This document shows, in pieces, positions 43,544 to 53,878 of a stretch of 64,000 nucleotides of DNA. The notes beneath the pieces are model-generated. The model was not told where the DNA came from, did not search any database, and was given only the letters and a program-made list of their open reading frames with translations. The position numbers were made by a program, and so were the translations under genes. The stretch is from Acidimicrobiales bacterium (GTDB lineage: Bacteria; Actinomycetota; Acidimicrobiia; Acidimicrobiales; Bin134), in contig OZ242339.1 of the NCBI GenBank assembly GCA_965208505.1, forward strand, positions 1,819,162 through 1,883,161, given 5' to 3'. The stretch's first letter is position 1, and each line of letters opens with the position of its first letter.

Positions 43544-45844
43544 ATGATGAAGTTTTTGAAGATCGTCTCCGTCTTGCTCGCGCTGGCTCTGCTGGTCGGG
43601 GCTTGTTCGTCCGACACTTCGGATGCTCCGGGGATCACAGGGGGGATCTCAGGCCAAACCACAGATGACGGCACTGGCGAGGCCACCGGGGAGCCAGACG
43701 GCACACCGGTGCCGACGGTGGTGCTTGACGACATCGAGCTGTTGTCGGCGCTGCGGAACTTCGGCGATTGCTCCACGCTGCTCGACTATCTGCGGGCCGA
43801 AACCATCAGCCGGGTGGGCCCTTACGGCCTTGATGATGGGCCTCGCTTCGGCATCCCCGAGCCATTCATGGTGGAAGAAGCCGAAATGATGGCCGACGAT
43901 TCTGTGGCCCAGTCAGCCTCGGCTGCTGATGCCGCGACTTCCGGCGGCGGCGACTTCTCTAGCACCAACGTGCAGGTGGCGGGCGTGGACGAGCCTGACA
44001 TCATCAAAACCGACGGCAACCGCATCCTGGCCGTGGCTCAGGGGCGGCTCCACTATGTGGACGTATCCGGCGACCAGCCCCAGTACCGGGGCAGCGTCGA
44101 CCTGGTAGGAGAGTCGGGCTCAGGTTGGGGCCAGGAGATCTTCATCCGGGGCGACCGGGCCATGGTTTTCTCCACCAGCTACGCCGACCGGCTGGAACCG
44201 GTGGCGGCCAGCGACCTCGAAGGCAACCACGTGATCGCTGAGGACATCATCTTCAGGGGCAGCCCGGTGTCGCTGATCCAAGAGGTCGACCTGTCCAACC
44301 CGGCGTCGATGGATGTGGTGTCCGAGCTCCGAGTTGAGGGGAACTACCTCAGCGCCCGAGCGGTAGGCGACGTGGTGTGGATGTCCATGTCCAGCTACCC
44401 CGCACAGTTCCAATTCGTGTACCCCAGCGGTCCGGCTGCCGAAGCCGCCGCCGAGGCGGCCAACACGCAGATCGCGGCCACCGCCGACTTGGGCGCCTGG
44501 TTGCCGGCCTACCGCTTCGACGGCCCCGATGGCACCCGGGCCGGTCTGCTGCCTGAGTGCGATCAGCTCTACACGCCGGCCGAGTTCGATGGGTTCACCG
44601 TTTTGTCGGTGCTGAGCTTCAACCTGGCCGAGCCGCTGGGCACCGGCGACGCCGCCTCGGTGCTGGCTGATGGCCACACCCTGTACGGCTCCGGCCAGTC
44701 GCTGTATCTGGCCACCAGCGAGCCGGTGTGGGCCGAGCCCGTCGTTGACGGAGACTCGGTCAGCATCTCAGCGCCCACGGAATGGACCACCGTCGTACAC
44801 AAGTTCTCGGTGTCGACCGACGGTCCCGCCCGCTATGAGGCCTCGGGCACGGTGGAGGGACACCTCCTCAACCAATTCTCCATGGACGAACACAACGACT
44901 ACTTCCGAGTGGCCACCACCATCGGCGAGCCGTGGGACACCGAGACTTCTGAGAGCCAAGTGGTGGTGCTCGAGCAACAGGGCCGACGGCTCACCGAGGT
45001 GGGCCGCGTCGGCGACCTGGGCCGGGGCGAGCGCATCTTCTCGGTCCGCTTCTCGGGCGACACCGGCTACGTGGTGACCTTCCGCCAGGTCGACCCCCTC
45101 TACGTGCTCGACCTCTCCGATCCCATCGCGCCATCAGTGGCCGGCGAGCTGAAGATCCCCGGCTTCTCCACCTATCTGCACCCCATCGGCGATGGCCTGC
45201 TGATAGGCGTGGGCCAAGACGCCAGCGACACCGGCCGCACCCGCGGCACCAAAGTGTCGCTGTTCGACGTGAGCAACCCGGCCAACCCAACCGAACTCGA
45301 CGTGATCGTATTCCCCAACGCCCACAGCGAAGCCGAGTGGGACCACCGGGCCTTCCTGTACTGGGCCCCCGAGGAAATGGTGGCCATCCCCCTCACCCGT
45401 TACGACTACGAAGACAACGAAGAGAGCTTCTTCGGCGCGGTGGCCATACGAGTGAACCGCAACGGCGTGGCCGAGCTCGGTCGGCTGTCCCACCGAGAGC
45501 AGCAGATCACCTTCGAGGGCTGCCGCCCGGTGGACAACAACGAGCTCGCCCGAGAATTCGCCGGCGAAAGCGAGATCCGCATCTGCCCCCTCGACGCCCC
45601 CGACAGCTACGGGAATCAAGGCTGCGAGCCCATGAAGCCGGAATGGGCCCGGGAGGAATGGCCCTCTATCGACATCGCCGACGACGAGAAACTGATCATC
45701 TGCTGGATCTGGACCCCACCCATCCAACGTCTACTGGTAATCGGCGAAGCCCTCTGGACGATGTCCGAACATGCCCTCCAAGCCAACCACCTCACGACGT
45801 TCACCTACGAGGACCAGTTCACCCTCACTTCTTCTTCAAACTAA
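43544..45844 (+). CDS. Secreted/lipoprotein beta-propeller domain protein (Beta_propel/COG4880-like)
   Basis: Signal peptide with lipobox MMKFLKIVSVLLALALLVGAC from ATG 43544. The TNVQVAGVDEPDIIKTDGNRI motif is typical of this family. Confidence 0.7.
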   Translation: MMKFLKIVSVLLALALLVGACSSDTSDAPGITGGISGQTTDDGTGEATGEPDGTPVPTVVLDDIELLSALRNFGDCSTLLDYLRAETISRVGPYGLDDGPRFGIPEPFMVEEAEMMADDSVAQSASAADAATSGGGDFSSTNVQVAGVDEPDIIKTDGNRILAVAQGRLHYVDVSGDQPQYRGSVDLVGESGSGWGQEIFIRGDRAMVFSTSYADRLEPVAASDLEGNHVIAEDIIFRGSPVSLIQEVDLSNPASMDVVSELRVEGNYLSARAVGDVVWMSMSSYPAQFQFVYPSGPAAEAAAEAANTQIAATADLGAWLPAYRFDGPDGTRAGLLPECDQLYTPAEFDGFTVLSVLSFNLAEPLGTGDAASVLADGHTLYGSGQSLYLATSEPVWAEPVVDGDSVSISAPTEWTTVVHKFSVSTDGPARYEASGTVEGHLLNQFSMDEHNDYFRVATTIGEPWDTETSESQVVVLEQQGRRLTEVGRVGDLGRGERIFSVRFSGDTGYVVTFRQVDPLYVLDLSDPIAPSVAGELKIPGFSTYLHPIGDGLLIGVGQDASDTGRTRGTKVSLFDVSNPANPTELDVIVFPNAHSEAEWDHRAFLYWAPEEMVAIPLTRYDYEDNEESFFGAVAIRVNRNGVAELGRLSHREQQITFEGCRPVDNNELAREFAGESEIRICPLDAPDSYGNQGCEPMKPEWAREEWPSIDIADDEKLIICWIWTPPIQRLLVIGEALWTMSEHALQANHLTTFTYEDQFTLTSSSN

Positions 45845-45886
45845 GAGAGGGGGCCCAACGTAGACGGGGCGGCGGGCCATAAAATT

Positions 45887-45983
45887 GGGTCGTGGTGGGG
45901 GGTGGCCCGGCTCAGGGCGCCCGCCGCCCGGAGCTTGTCGAGGACGGCGGGCTGGGCCGGGACAGGACCCGCCACCACGACCC
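45887..45983. other. Long imperfect ~97-nt hairpin between convergent genes (possible bidirectional terminator)
   Basis: The outer 12-bp stem gggtcgtggtgg/ccaccacgaccc (45887-45898 / 45972-45983) and the inner 8-bp stem gcccgccg/cggcgggc (45919-45926 / 45945-45952) are both perfect. Confidence 0.5.
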
Positions 45984-46017
45984 CATCAAAACAGCCCGCC
46001 GCCCTGCCGGAAGGAAG

Positions 46018-47721
46018 CTAACCCAAACCAGCGCTTGCCCGGTTCAAGGCGCTCACGATGGCCCGCATTGACGCCGTGGTGATATCGGTGTGGATGCCAC
46101 AGCCCCATAGCTCCCGCCCGTCCACCAGCAGCTCGATGTAGGCCACCGCCTCGGCATCTGTGCCGCCGCCCCGGGCGTGCTCGCTGTAGTCCACCACCTT
46201 GACCGGGGTGTCGATGATCTCGTTCAGCCCGCTCACGAAGGCGTCCAGGGAGCCGGCCCCCTCGCCGTGGACCACCACCTGCTCGTTGCCGGTGGTGAGC
46301 CGGGCGGTGACCACCGTGCGGTCGGCACCTCGGGCGTTCTGGGCCGACTCGTAGCCGTTCAGCCGGTAGGGCTCATCCAGATCGAGGTACTCGGTGGCGA
46401 ACTCGTTGTAGATCTGGTCGGCGGTGATCTCTTCGCCGGTCTCTTCGGCGATCTGCTGGATGACCCGGCTGAACTCGATCTGCATGCGCCGGGGCAAGTC
46501 GAGCTGCACCTCGGCCTGAAGCAGGTACGACACCCCGCCCTTGCCCGACTGGCTGTTCACCCGCACCACATCCTGGTAGGTGCGGCCCACATCCATGGGG
46601 TCGATGGGAATGTAGGGCACCTCGAACAGGGTCTGGCCGGTCTCCTCCATGGCCTCGAACCCCTTCTTGATGGCGTCCTGGTGCGACCCGGAGAAGGCGG
46701 TGTACACCAGATCGCCCACATAGGGGTGACGGGGATGGATGGGAAGCTGGTTGCAGTCCTCGGCCACCCGGCGCAGCCCGTTGATGTCGGATATGTCCAG
46801 CTCGGGATCCACCCCCTGGCTGAACAGGTTCATGGCCAGGTTCACCACATCAACGTTGCCGGTGCGCTCCCCGTTGCCGAACAGGGTTCCCTCCACCCGG
46901 TCGGCGCCGGCCATGAGCCCGAACTCGGCCGCGGCCACCGCGGTTCCCCGGTCGTTGTGAGGGTGCAGGCTCAACACGATCCGGTCGCGCCGGGCCAGGT
47001 TGCGGTGCATCCACTCGATCATGTCGCCGTAGATGTTGGCGGTGGACATCTCCACGGTGGCCGGCAGGTTGACGATGACCGGCTTGTCATGGCCGTCGGC
47101 CAAGATCTCCACCACCTCGTCGCACACCCGCTTGGCAAACGGCAGCTCGGTGCCGGTAAACGACTCGGGCGAGTACTCGTAGAAAACCTCGGTACTGGGA
47201 ACCTGCGACTCCAGCGACCGGCACAACTCCGATGCCTGGGTGGCGATCTTGGTGATCCCATCCATATCGAGGCCGAACACCACCCGACGCTGGACGGTGG
47301 AGGTGGAGTTGTACAAGTGGACGATGGCGTCGGCCGCCCCGTCGATGGCCTCATAGGTGCGCTCGATGAGCTCCTTTCGGGCCTGGGTGAGCACCTGGAT
47401 GCGAACATCGGAGGGGATGGCCTTCTGCTCGATGATCTCCCGCACGAACCCGAAGTCGGTTTCCGACGCCGAGGGGAAGCCCACCTCGATCTCTTTGAAC
47501 CCGGCCTCCACCAGGGCGGTGAACATCTTCCACTTCCGCTCCGAGTTCATGGGCTCGATAAGGGCCTGGTTGCCGTCGCGCAAATCCACCGAGCACCACC
47601 GTGGGGCACCGGTGAGCACCGCGTTGGGCCAGGTTCGGTCGACAAGCTTCACCGGCTCGAACGCCTGGTACTTGTGGATAGGCATTCCCGACGCCTGTTG
47701 GGGGTGTAATCCGGTTTTCAT
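46018..47721 (-). CDS. leuA: 2-isopropylmalate synthase (long actinobacterial form)
   Basis: 567 aa. WCSVDLRDGNQALIEPM and HPHNDRGTAVA motifs. A GAGG Shine-Dalgarno lies 7 nt upstream of ATG 47721. Confidence 0.95.
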   Translation of the reverse strand: MKTGLHPQQASGMPIHKYQAFEPVKLVDRTWPNAVLTGAPRWCSVDLRDGNQALIEPMNSERKWKMFTALVEAGFKEIEVGFPSASETDFGFVREIIEQKAIPSDVRIQVLTQARKELIERTYEAIDGAADAIVHLYNSTSTVQRRVVFGLDMDGITKIATQASELCRSLESQVPSTEVFYEYSPESFTGTELPFAKRVCDEVVEILADGHDKPVIVNLPATVEMSTANIYGDMIEWMHRNLARRDRIVLSLHPHNDRGTAVAAAEFGLMAGADRVEGTLFGNGERTGNVDVVNLAMNLFSQGVDPELDISDINGLRRVAEDCNQLPIHPRHPYVGDLVYTAFSGSHQDAIKKGFEAMEETGQTLFEVPYIPIDPMDVGRTYQDVVRVNSQSGKGGVSYLLQAEVQLDLPRRMQIEFSRVIQQIAEETGEEITADQIYNEFATEYLDLDEPYRLNGYESAQNARGADRTVVTARLTTGNEQVVVHGEGAGSLDAFVSGLNEIIDTPVKVVDYSEHARGGGTDAEAVAYIELLVDGRELWGCGIHTDITTASMRAIVSALNRASAGLG

Positions 47722-47750
47722 GGCATGGCCTCTATTGGAATTGACTCACG

Positions 47751-47782
47751 AAAAAACCCCCTGCCCTTGCGGGATCAGGGGG
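47751..47782 (-). terminator. Intrinsic terminator (attenuator) in the leuA leader
   Basis: The minus strand reads ccccctg-at-ccc-gcaa-ggg-caggggg followed by tttttt. It ends about 30 nt upstream of the leuA ATG. Confidence 0.8.
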
Positions 47783-47810
47783 TCGGGGCGAGCACCTCTG
47801 GGTGCTCGCC

Positions 47811-47846
47811 CTACAAGAGCAGCAGGTGGGTGTGTATGCGGCTCAT
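47811..47846 (-). CDS. leuL: Leucine-rich leader peptide MSRIHTHLLLL (leuA attenuation)
   Basis: atg agc cgc ata cac acc cac ctg ctg ctc ttg tag, read from the minus strand. Four consecutive Leu codons end at the stop, which abuts an 11-bp hairpin (47786-47811). Too short to appear in the ORF track. Confidence 0.7.
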   Translation of the reverse strand: MSRIHTHLLLL

Positions 47847-47900
47847 CAGCCCAATCCTATGCTGAGATCACAGTGGTTACAAAACACCGGGCCGTACCGA

Positions 47901-49481
47901 TCAGGCCTCAGCCCGGGCCAGGCCCATGTAGCGGGCGGACTGCACCCCGTCGATGGCCACCAGGGCATCGGCCACTTCCTTGGGCACGGGCTGGGGGGTT
48001 GCGATCACCATGGACGCCCCCTCCCCGGTAGGCGCCCGGCCCACGTTCATGTCGTTGATGTTGATGCCGGCGTCGCCCAGCAGAGTGCCCACCGCGCCGA
48101 TAACGCCGGGGCGGTCGTCGTTGGACAGCAAGATCATGTGGGCCGCGGGCGGCATGTGGACGGCGTGGTCGTCGGCCAGCACCAGCACCGGCTCTTGGCG
48201 GGCCCCGGTCAGATGCCCGCCGAGGCTGTGCCCTCCGCCCCGCACGGTGAGCAAGTTCACGTGGTCTTTGGATTTGGGCGTGCTGATCGCCCGCACATCC
48301 ATCCCCCGCTCGGTGGCCATCGTCAGCGCGTTCACATAGCTGACCGGCATGTCCGACACCGCGCTCAGCAAGCCCTTGACCGCCGACATCACCGCCACCG
48401 TGCTGTCGGGCTTGCCGATCTCGCCGATGAGCTCCACCTCCAGCACCTCGGGCAGGCGATCGCACAGGCTCCCGAACAAGCGCCCAAGCTGCTCGGCCAG
48501 CGGCAGATAGGGCCGCAGCACGTCGGGAACGTTCTTGGCCGGGACGTTCACTGCGGCGGGAACGAACTCCCCGGCCAGCCCCAACAGCACCTGCTCGGCA
48601 ATGGCGTCGCCTGCTTTGCTCTGGGCCTCTTCGGTGCTGGCCCCCAGATGGGGGGTGACCACCACCGAGTCGAGGTGGAACAGCGGCGACTCGGTGATGG
48701 GCTCGCCGTCGAACACATCCAGGGCAGCGCCGGCGATGCGCCCCGATGACACGGCTTCGGCCAGATCGGCCTCGTCCACGATCCCCCCTCGCGACACGTT
48801 GACGATCCTCAGGTTGGGCTTGGCCAGCTCCAGCAGCTCCGAGTTGATGAGCCCGATGGTCTCGGGGGTGCGGGCCACATGGATGGTGATGAAGTCGGAC
48901 TGGGCTATCAGCTCCTCCAGCGACACCAGAGCCATCACGCTGTGGAGGGCCATCTCCTCGGACACATAGGGGTCGCTGGCGATCACCCGCATGGCGAAGC
49001 CCATCGCCCGCTCGGCCACCAGCCGGCCGATGCGGCCCAGCCCGATGATGCCCAGGGTCTTGTCGCTTAGCTCGATGCCTTCCCACCGGCCGCGCTCCCA
49101 GCGGCCATTGGTCAGCGCGGCATGGGCCTGGGGGATGTTTCGGGCTTGGGCCATTATCAGCGCCATGGTGTGCTCGGCGGCCGAGATGATGTTCGACAAG
49201 GTGTCGTTCACCACCAGCACCCCGTGTTCGGTGGCGGTTTCCACGTCCACGTTGTCCAGGCCCACGCCGGCTCGGCCCACGATCACCAGATCGCGGCCCG
49301 CCTCGAACACCTCGGCGGTCACCTGGGTGGCCGACCGGATGATCAGCGCTTGGACCCCCGAGACCGCCTCCACCAGCTCGCCCGGGGACATCCCCGTGCG
49401 GACCTCCACGTCATGGCCGGCGTGGCGGAGCTTGGCCACCCCAATGTCGGCGATCTTCTCTGCAACCAATACTTGAGCCAT
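47901..49481 (-). CDS. serA: D-3-phosphoglycerate dehydrogenase
   Basis: 526 aa. NAD-binding GIIGLGRIGRLV, a catalytic domain and a C-terminal ACT domain. Confidence 0.93.
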   Translation of the reverse strand: MAQVLVAEKIADIGVAKLRHAGHDVEVRTGMSPGELVEAVSGVQALIIRSATQVTAEVFEAGRDLVIVGRAGVGLDNVDVETATEHGVLVVNDTLSNIISAAEHTMALIMAQARNIPQAHAALTNGRWERGRWEGIELSDKTLGIIGLGRIGRLVAERAMGFAMRVIASDPYVSEEMALHSVMALVSLEELIAQSDFITIHVARTPETIGLINSELLELAKPNLRIVNVSRGGIVDEADLAEAVSSGRIAGAALDVFDGEPITESPLFHLDSVVVTPHLGASTEEAQSKAGDAIAEQVLLGLAGEFVPAAVNVPAKNVPDVLRPYLPLAEQLGRLFGSLCDRLPEVLEVELIGEIGKPDSTVAVMSAVKGLLSAVSDMPVSYVNALTMATERGMDVRAISTPKSKDHVNLLTVRGGGHSLGGHLTGARQEPVLVLADDHAVHMPPAAHMILLSNDDRPGVIGAVGTLLGDAGININDMNVGRAPTGEGASMVIATPQPVPKEVADALVAIDGVQSARYMGLARAEA

Positions 49482-49560
49482 CGGTACTCACAATAGACCG
49501 CGCTCGGCCACCAGGATAGGACCAGGATGCGACGCCAGAGCTAGAGGCTGCGTCGTGGCG

Positions 49561-51474
49561 CTAGCGGCGAATGGGCACCGGGGATATGTCATCGGCCAGG
49601 GCAAAACCCAATATCTCGGCAAAAAAGGACAACTCAGCCTCCAGCGCAGCCACGATGTTCTCCGCCCGGCGGAACCCGTGTTGCTCCCCTTCGAACAGCA
49701 GGTAGGCCACCGGGATTGACCGCTGCTCCAGCGCTGCCACGATCATCTCGGCCTGATTGGGCGGTACCACCACATCTTCTGAGCCCTGGAGCACGATCAT
49801 GGGCGCATCGAAGTCGTCTACGAAGTGGATGGGCGAACGGGCCTCGTACACCTCGGCTTCCTCCGGGTACAGCCCCACCAGGCTGTCCATGTAGCGGGCC
49901 TCGAACTTGTGGGTGTCAGTGGCCAGCGCGGCCAGATCGGCGATTCCGTAGCGGCTGGCCCCGGCGGCGAACACCTTGTGGAAGGCCAGCGCGCACAAGG
50001 TGGTGTAGCCACCGGCGCTGGAGCCCCGGATGATGAGCCGGTCACCGTCCACCTCGCCGGTGCGCACCAGATGGCGGGCCGCGGCCACGCAGTCGTCCAC
50101 GTCGCTGACGCCCCAAAGTCCCTGGAGCGCCTCCCGGTAGGCCGTGCCATAGCCGGTGCTGCCGCGGTAGTTGACATCAACCACCGCGATGCCCCGACTG
50201 GTCCAGTACTGGATGCCAAGCTGGAGCTGGCTGCGAGCCGCACCGGTGGGCCCGCCGTGGCCCAGCACTAAAAGCGGCGGGCGCTCATCGGCCGGTGCCT
50301 TCGCCCTCGGATTGGCGGGCGGATAGTACAGCCCGTGTGCCTCCGCGTTGTCGGTGGTGGGGAAGCTGATCGGGCGGGGGGCAGATAGGTATGCGGGCTC
50401 GACCGCGGCCCGAGCCGGTGGGCGGATGACCTCGAACGACTCGTCGGCCACGTCGATGCGCACCGCGGTGGGTTCCTTGGACGGTGAAGCGGCAATAGCG
50501 CACACGGCATGGGGTCCGACAGGGCGGATACTGGCATAAGAGGTCCAGGGCAGATCGAGCAGCACAGGCCCGGAACCATCGGGAGGCATGGCCCACAGTT
50601 CGGCCAGCGACCCCCGCATGGCCGCCACCACCACTGTGTTGTCCTCGCACACCGCGTAGCTGGGATCGTCGAACACCCAGGCCGGGCGGTGCATTTCTGC
50701 ATCGAGCTCTAAGACCGGAACGAGATCGCTTCCTTCCAGTCTGTACAGGCTCCACCAGCCGTTGTGATCGCTCACCACGTAGAGGCGGCCGTCGGGACCC
50801 CACTGGGGCTCCACCACCGAGCCCATGCCCGATATCGCGCACTGGCCGTCCACCCACAACTCGGTGTGATCCCAGGGCATGTTGGGATGGTTCCACTGCA
50901 CCCACGCCAGCCGCTGCCCGTCGGGGCTGGGTCGGGGCCAGGCATAAAAATCAGCCCCGGTGGCCACCATCTCGGGCTCGCCCGATCCGTCGCTGCTCAG
51001 CCGCACGATCTGATTGGCCTCCTCCAGGATGCGGCCCTCTTGTCGGGCGGCCCGGGCCGCGTGGTGGTCCTCCCGCACGCACACCGTGGCGTCGCCGAGG
51101 GCCCGGCCGTCGGCGTAGCGCCATCCGTGGGCGAAGCCGGGCTCAGGCGTTACCGGGCGGGCTGCACCTTCGGCCGACACATGCCAGAGGCGCCCGTCGG
51201 CGTCGTCGCAGGCATACACCCCGTCGGCACCGTCGGGCCACCACGCACCGCCGCCGTAGCTGTGTACCCGACTCCGCACCGAAGCCGAGGTCCACAGATC
51301 GGCACCGTCGCACGCCAGTGCATTGCGGCCCGACTCGGCCGGGCGCGACTCGGTCCACCACATCCGGCCCTGCTGGCCCCACACGCTCACCGGCAGAGCG
51401 GCACCGACCACCATCGATTGAGCCGAAATCGGCGAAGGCCAACTGCCGTAGGGCAGGGTTGTCGGCTGGGTCAC
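49561..51474 (-). CDS. S9-family serine peptidase (prolyl oligopeptidase / acylaminoacyl-peptidase-like)
   Basis: 637 aa. N-terminal beta-propeller region and a C-terminal hydrolase domain with GSSAGGY (GxSxGG). Confidence 0.85.
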   Translation of the reverse strand: MTQPTTLPYGSWPSPISAQSMVVGAALPVSVWGQQGRMWWTESRPAESGRNALACDGADLWTSASVRSRVHSYGGGAWWPDGADGVYACDDADGRLWHVSAEGAARPVTPEPGFAHGWRYADGRALGDATVCVREDHHAARAARQEGRILEEANQIVRLSSDGSGEPEMVATGADFYAWPRPSPDGQRLAWVQWNHPNMPWDHTELWVDGQCAISGMGSVVEPQWGPDGRLYVVSDHNGWWSLYRLEGSDLVPVLELDAEMHRPAWVFDDPSYAVCEDNTVVVAAMRGSLAELWAMPPDGSGPVLLDLPWTSYASIRPVGPHAVCAIAASPSKEPTAVRIDVADESFEVIRPPARAAVEPAYLSAPRPISFPTTDNAEAHGLYYPPANPRAKAPADERPPLLVLGHGGPTGAARSQLQLGIQYWTSRGIAVVDVNYRGSTGYGTAYREALQGLWGVSDVDDCVAAARHLVRTGEVDGDRLIIRGSSAGGYTTLCALAFHKVFAAGASRYGIADLAALATDTHKFEARYMDSLVGLYPEEAEVYEARSPIHFVDDFDAPMIVLQGSEDVVVPPNQAEMIVAALEQRSIPVAYLLFEGEQHGFRRAENIVAALEAELSFFAEILGFALADDISPVPIRR

Positions 51475-52652
51475 TGCAACAGATCAGCGATGCGGCCGAT
51501 GCCCTCGCCCAGATCGTCGTCTCCGAGGGCGAACGACAGCCGGGCATAGCCGGGACCGGCGAAGGCTTCGCCGGGCACAATTGCCACCTGGGCCTCCTCC
51601 AGAATCCATCCGGCCAATTCTGCGGTGGTATCGGGAATACCGGGACGACCTAGCACGCCCTCAAATGACGGAAACGCGTAAAACGCCCCCTGTGCTTCCA
51701 AGCAGGTCACCCCATCGATACCGTTCAGCATCTTGTGCATGGCCCTTCGCCGCCGGTCGAACGCCGCCCTCATCTCGGCCACCGCGTCCAACGGCCCGCT
51801 GACTGCGGCCAATGCGGCCCGCTGGGCCACGTTGGAGACGTTCGAGGTCTGGTGCGACTGAAGGCTCACCGCGGCGGAGGCTGCGTCGGGCGGCCCGATC
51901 AGCCAGCCCACCCGCCAGCCGGTCATGGCGTAGGTTTTGGCCACGCCGTTGAGCACCAGGCAGCGGTCGGCCAGTTCGGGGACCACTACCGGGATGGAGC
52001 TGAACTCGTTGTCGTCGTAGGTCAGATGCTCATAGATCTCGTCGGTGATCACCCACACGTCATTGTCGGCGGCCCACCGGCCGATGGCCTCCACCCGTTC
52101 TCGGGGATACACCGCGCCGGTGGGGTTGGACGGCGACACGAACACCAGCGCCTTGGTGCGATCGGAGCGGGCCGCTTCGAGCTGCTCCACGGTCACCATG
52201 AACCCGTCACCCGCGGTGGTGGGCACCTCCACGCTGACCCCGCCAGCCAGCGCGATGGCTTCGGGATAGGTGGTCCAGTAGGGCGCGGGCAGCAGCACCT
52301 CGTCGCCGGGGTCCAACAGCACGGCGAAGCCGTTGTACACCGCGTGCTTGCCCCCGTTGGTCACCACCACCTGCGACTGGTCCACCTCATAGCCCGAATC
52401 CCGCATGGTCTTGGCCGCTATGGCCTCTCTCAGCTCGGGCAGGCCCCCGGCTGGGGAATAGCGATGGTTCTTCGGGTCGTCCACGGCCGCTCGGGCCGCA
52501 TCCAAGATGGCCGCCGGGGTGGGAAAGTCGGGCTCTCCGGCCCCAAAGCTGATCACCGGCGCCCCTTGGGCCTTCAGCGCCTTGGCCTTGGCGTCCACCG
52601 CCAGGGTGGCCGAAGGGGCGATGGCGGAAATGCGCTGGGACATGCGAGCCAT
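51471..52652 (-). CDS. aspC: Pyridoxal phosphate-dependent aminotransferase (aspartate aminotransferase-like, class I)
   Basis: 393 aa. [23 protein letters not shown] and the [15 protein letters not shown] lysine motif. Confidence 0.88.
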   Translation of the reverse strand: MARMSQRISAIAPSATLAVDAKAKALKAQGAPVISFGAGEPDFPTPAAILDAARAAVDDPKNHRYSPAGGLPELREAIAAKTMRDSGYEVDQSQVVVTNGGKHAVYNGFAVLLDPGDEVLLPAPYWTTYPEAIALAGGVSVEVPTTAGDGFMVTVEQLEAARSDRTKALVFVSPSNPTGAVYPRERVEAIGRWAADNDVWVITDEIYEHLTYDDNEFSSIPVVVPELADRCLVLNGVAKTYAMTGWRVGWLIGPPDAASAAVSLQSHQTSNVSNVAQRAALAAVSGPLDAVAEMRAAFDRRRRAMHKMLNGIDGVTCLEAQGAFYAFPSFEGVLGRPGIPDTTAELAGWILEEAQVAIVPGEAFAGPGYARLSFALGDDDLGEGIGRIADLLQ

Positions 52653-52751
52653 GAGCGCAGCTTTTCACACCCCCAACCGCGAGTGGATGTTCAATTGGCA
52701 CCAAGGCGAACAACGCCATTCAAGCACTCAGCGTCGATATCGTGGAACCCT

Positions 52752-53876
52752 GTGAGCAGCTCTAATCAAACTCCCGCGATCACCATCCCCTCTGACTTGC
52801 TGCCTGAAGACGGCCGCTTCGGCAGCGGGCCGTCTCGGGTGCGCCCTGATGCGGCCGCCGCCTTGGCCGCGGCCGCCGATGGCCTCCTCGGCACCAGCCA
52901 TCGCAAGTCCACCGCGAAAGACGTGGTCCACCGTCTGCGGGCCGGGGTGGCCGAGTTGTTCTCCTTGCCCGACGACTACGAGGTGGTGCTGGGCAACGGA
53001 GGCACCACCGGGTTTTGGGACGCCGCGGTCTTCGGGCTGATCGAAAACCGCAGTCAGCACTTGAGCTTCGGAGCGTTCTCGGCAAAGTTCGCCGCTGGCG
53101 TGGCTGGCGCCCCCCACTTGGAGTCCCCGGTGATCATCAGCTCCGAACCCGGCACCCATCCCGAGGCCGCGGCCGACCCATCGGTGGACACCTATGCCCT
53201 GACCCACAATGAGACCTCCACCGGGGTTTCGATGGAGCTGCGCCGCCCGAGCGAGGAGGGCCTCGTGCTGGTGGACGCCACCTCGGGCGCTGGCGGGCTG
53301 CGCTTTGACCCCACCGAGACCGACGTCTACTACCTCGCCCCCCAGAAGTGCCTGGCCGCCGACGGCGGGCTGTGGTTGGCCTGCTGCTCCCCCGCCGCAG
53401 TGGAGCGCATCGAGCGGATTGCCGCCTCCGACCGCTGGGTACCGCCGTTCCTCGACTTGAGCATCGCACTCAACAGCTCCCGTAAAGATGAGACCTACAA
53501 CACCCCGGCGCTGGCCACCGTGTTCTTAGCCGTACACCAAGTGGAGTGGATCAACGAAAACGGCGGGCTGGAGTGGGCCGCCACCCGCTGCGACCAGTCG
53601 GCCGATGTCATCTACACCTGGGCTGAGAGCCGGGATTACACCACCCCGTTCGTGTCCGAGTTGGCCGACCGCAGCCATGTGGTGGCCACCATCGACTTCG
53701 AGGGGGTGTTGGCCGACGAGGTTGCCGCTGTGCTGCGGACCAATGGAGTGGTCGACGTGGAGTCGTACCGGGCCCTGGGCCGCAACCAGCTGCGGGTGGC
53801 CCTGTTCCCCGCTATTCCCCCCTCCGACATCGCCGCGCTGTGCGGCTGCATCGACTACGTGGTCGAGAATCTGTAG
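52752..53876 (+). CDS. serC: Phosphoserine aminotransferase (actinobacterial type)
   Basis: GTG 52752 is in frame within track ORF 51735..53876, whose 5' part is antisense to aspC. IPSDLLPEDGRFGSGPSRVRP is the mycobacterial-type SerC N-terminus. Confidence 0.88.
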   Translation: MSSSNQTPAITIPSDLLPEDGRFGSGPSRVRPDAAAALAAAADGLLGTSHRKSTAKDVVHRLRAGVAELFSLPDDYEVVLGNGGTTGFWDAAVFGLIENRSQHLSFGAFSAKFAAGVAGAPHLESPVIISSEPGTHPEAAADPSVDTYALTHNETSTGVSMELRRPSEEGLVLVDATSGAGGLRFDPTETDVYYLAPQKCLAADGGLWLACCSPAAVERIERIAASDRWVPPFLDLSIALNSSRKDETYNTPALATVFLAVHQVEWINENGGLEWAATRCDQSADVIYTWAESRDYTTPFVSELADRSHVVATIDFEGVLADEVAAVLRTNGVVDVESYRALGRNQLRVALFPAIPPSDIAALCGCIDYVVENL

Positions 53877-53878
53877 CA

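Noticed and set aside
46177-47709. 510-aa plus-strand ORF antisense to leuA
   Set aside because: Long antisense open frames are expected at this G+C content. The sequence is Gly/Leu/His/Val-repetitive with no motifs, and leuA on the other strand is unambiguous.
47802-49086. Alternative-frame ORFs over serA (47802..48749 plus strand, 47908..49086 minus strand)
   Set aside because: Arg/Gly/Pro-rich off-frame translations. The serA frame carries the NAD-binding and ACT motifs.
51735-52751. 5' 339 codons of the 713-aa ORF 51735..53876
   Set aside because: Antisense to the aminotransferase gene. SerC homology begins at GTG 52752.
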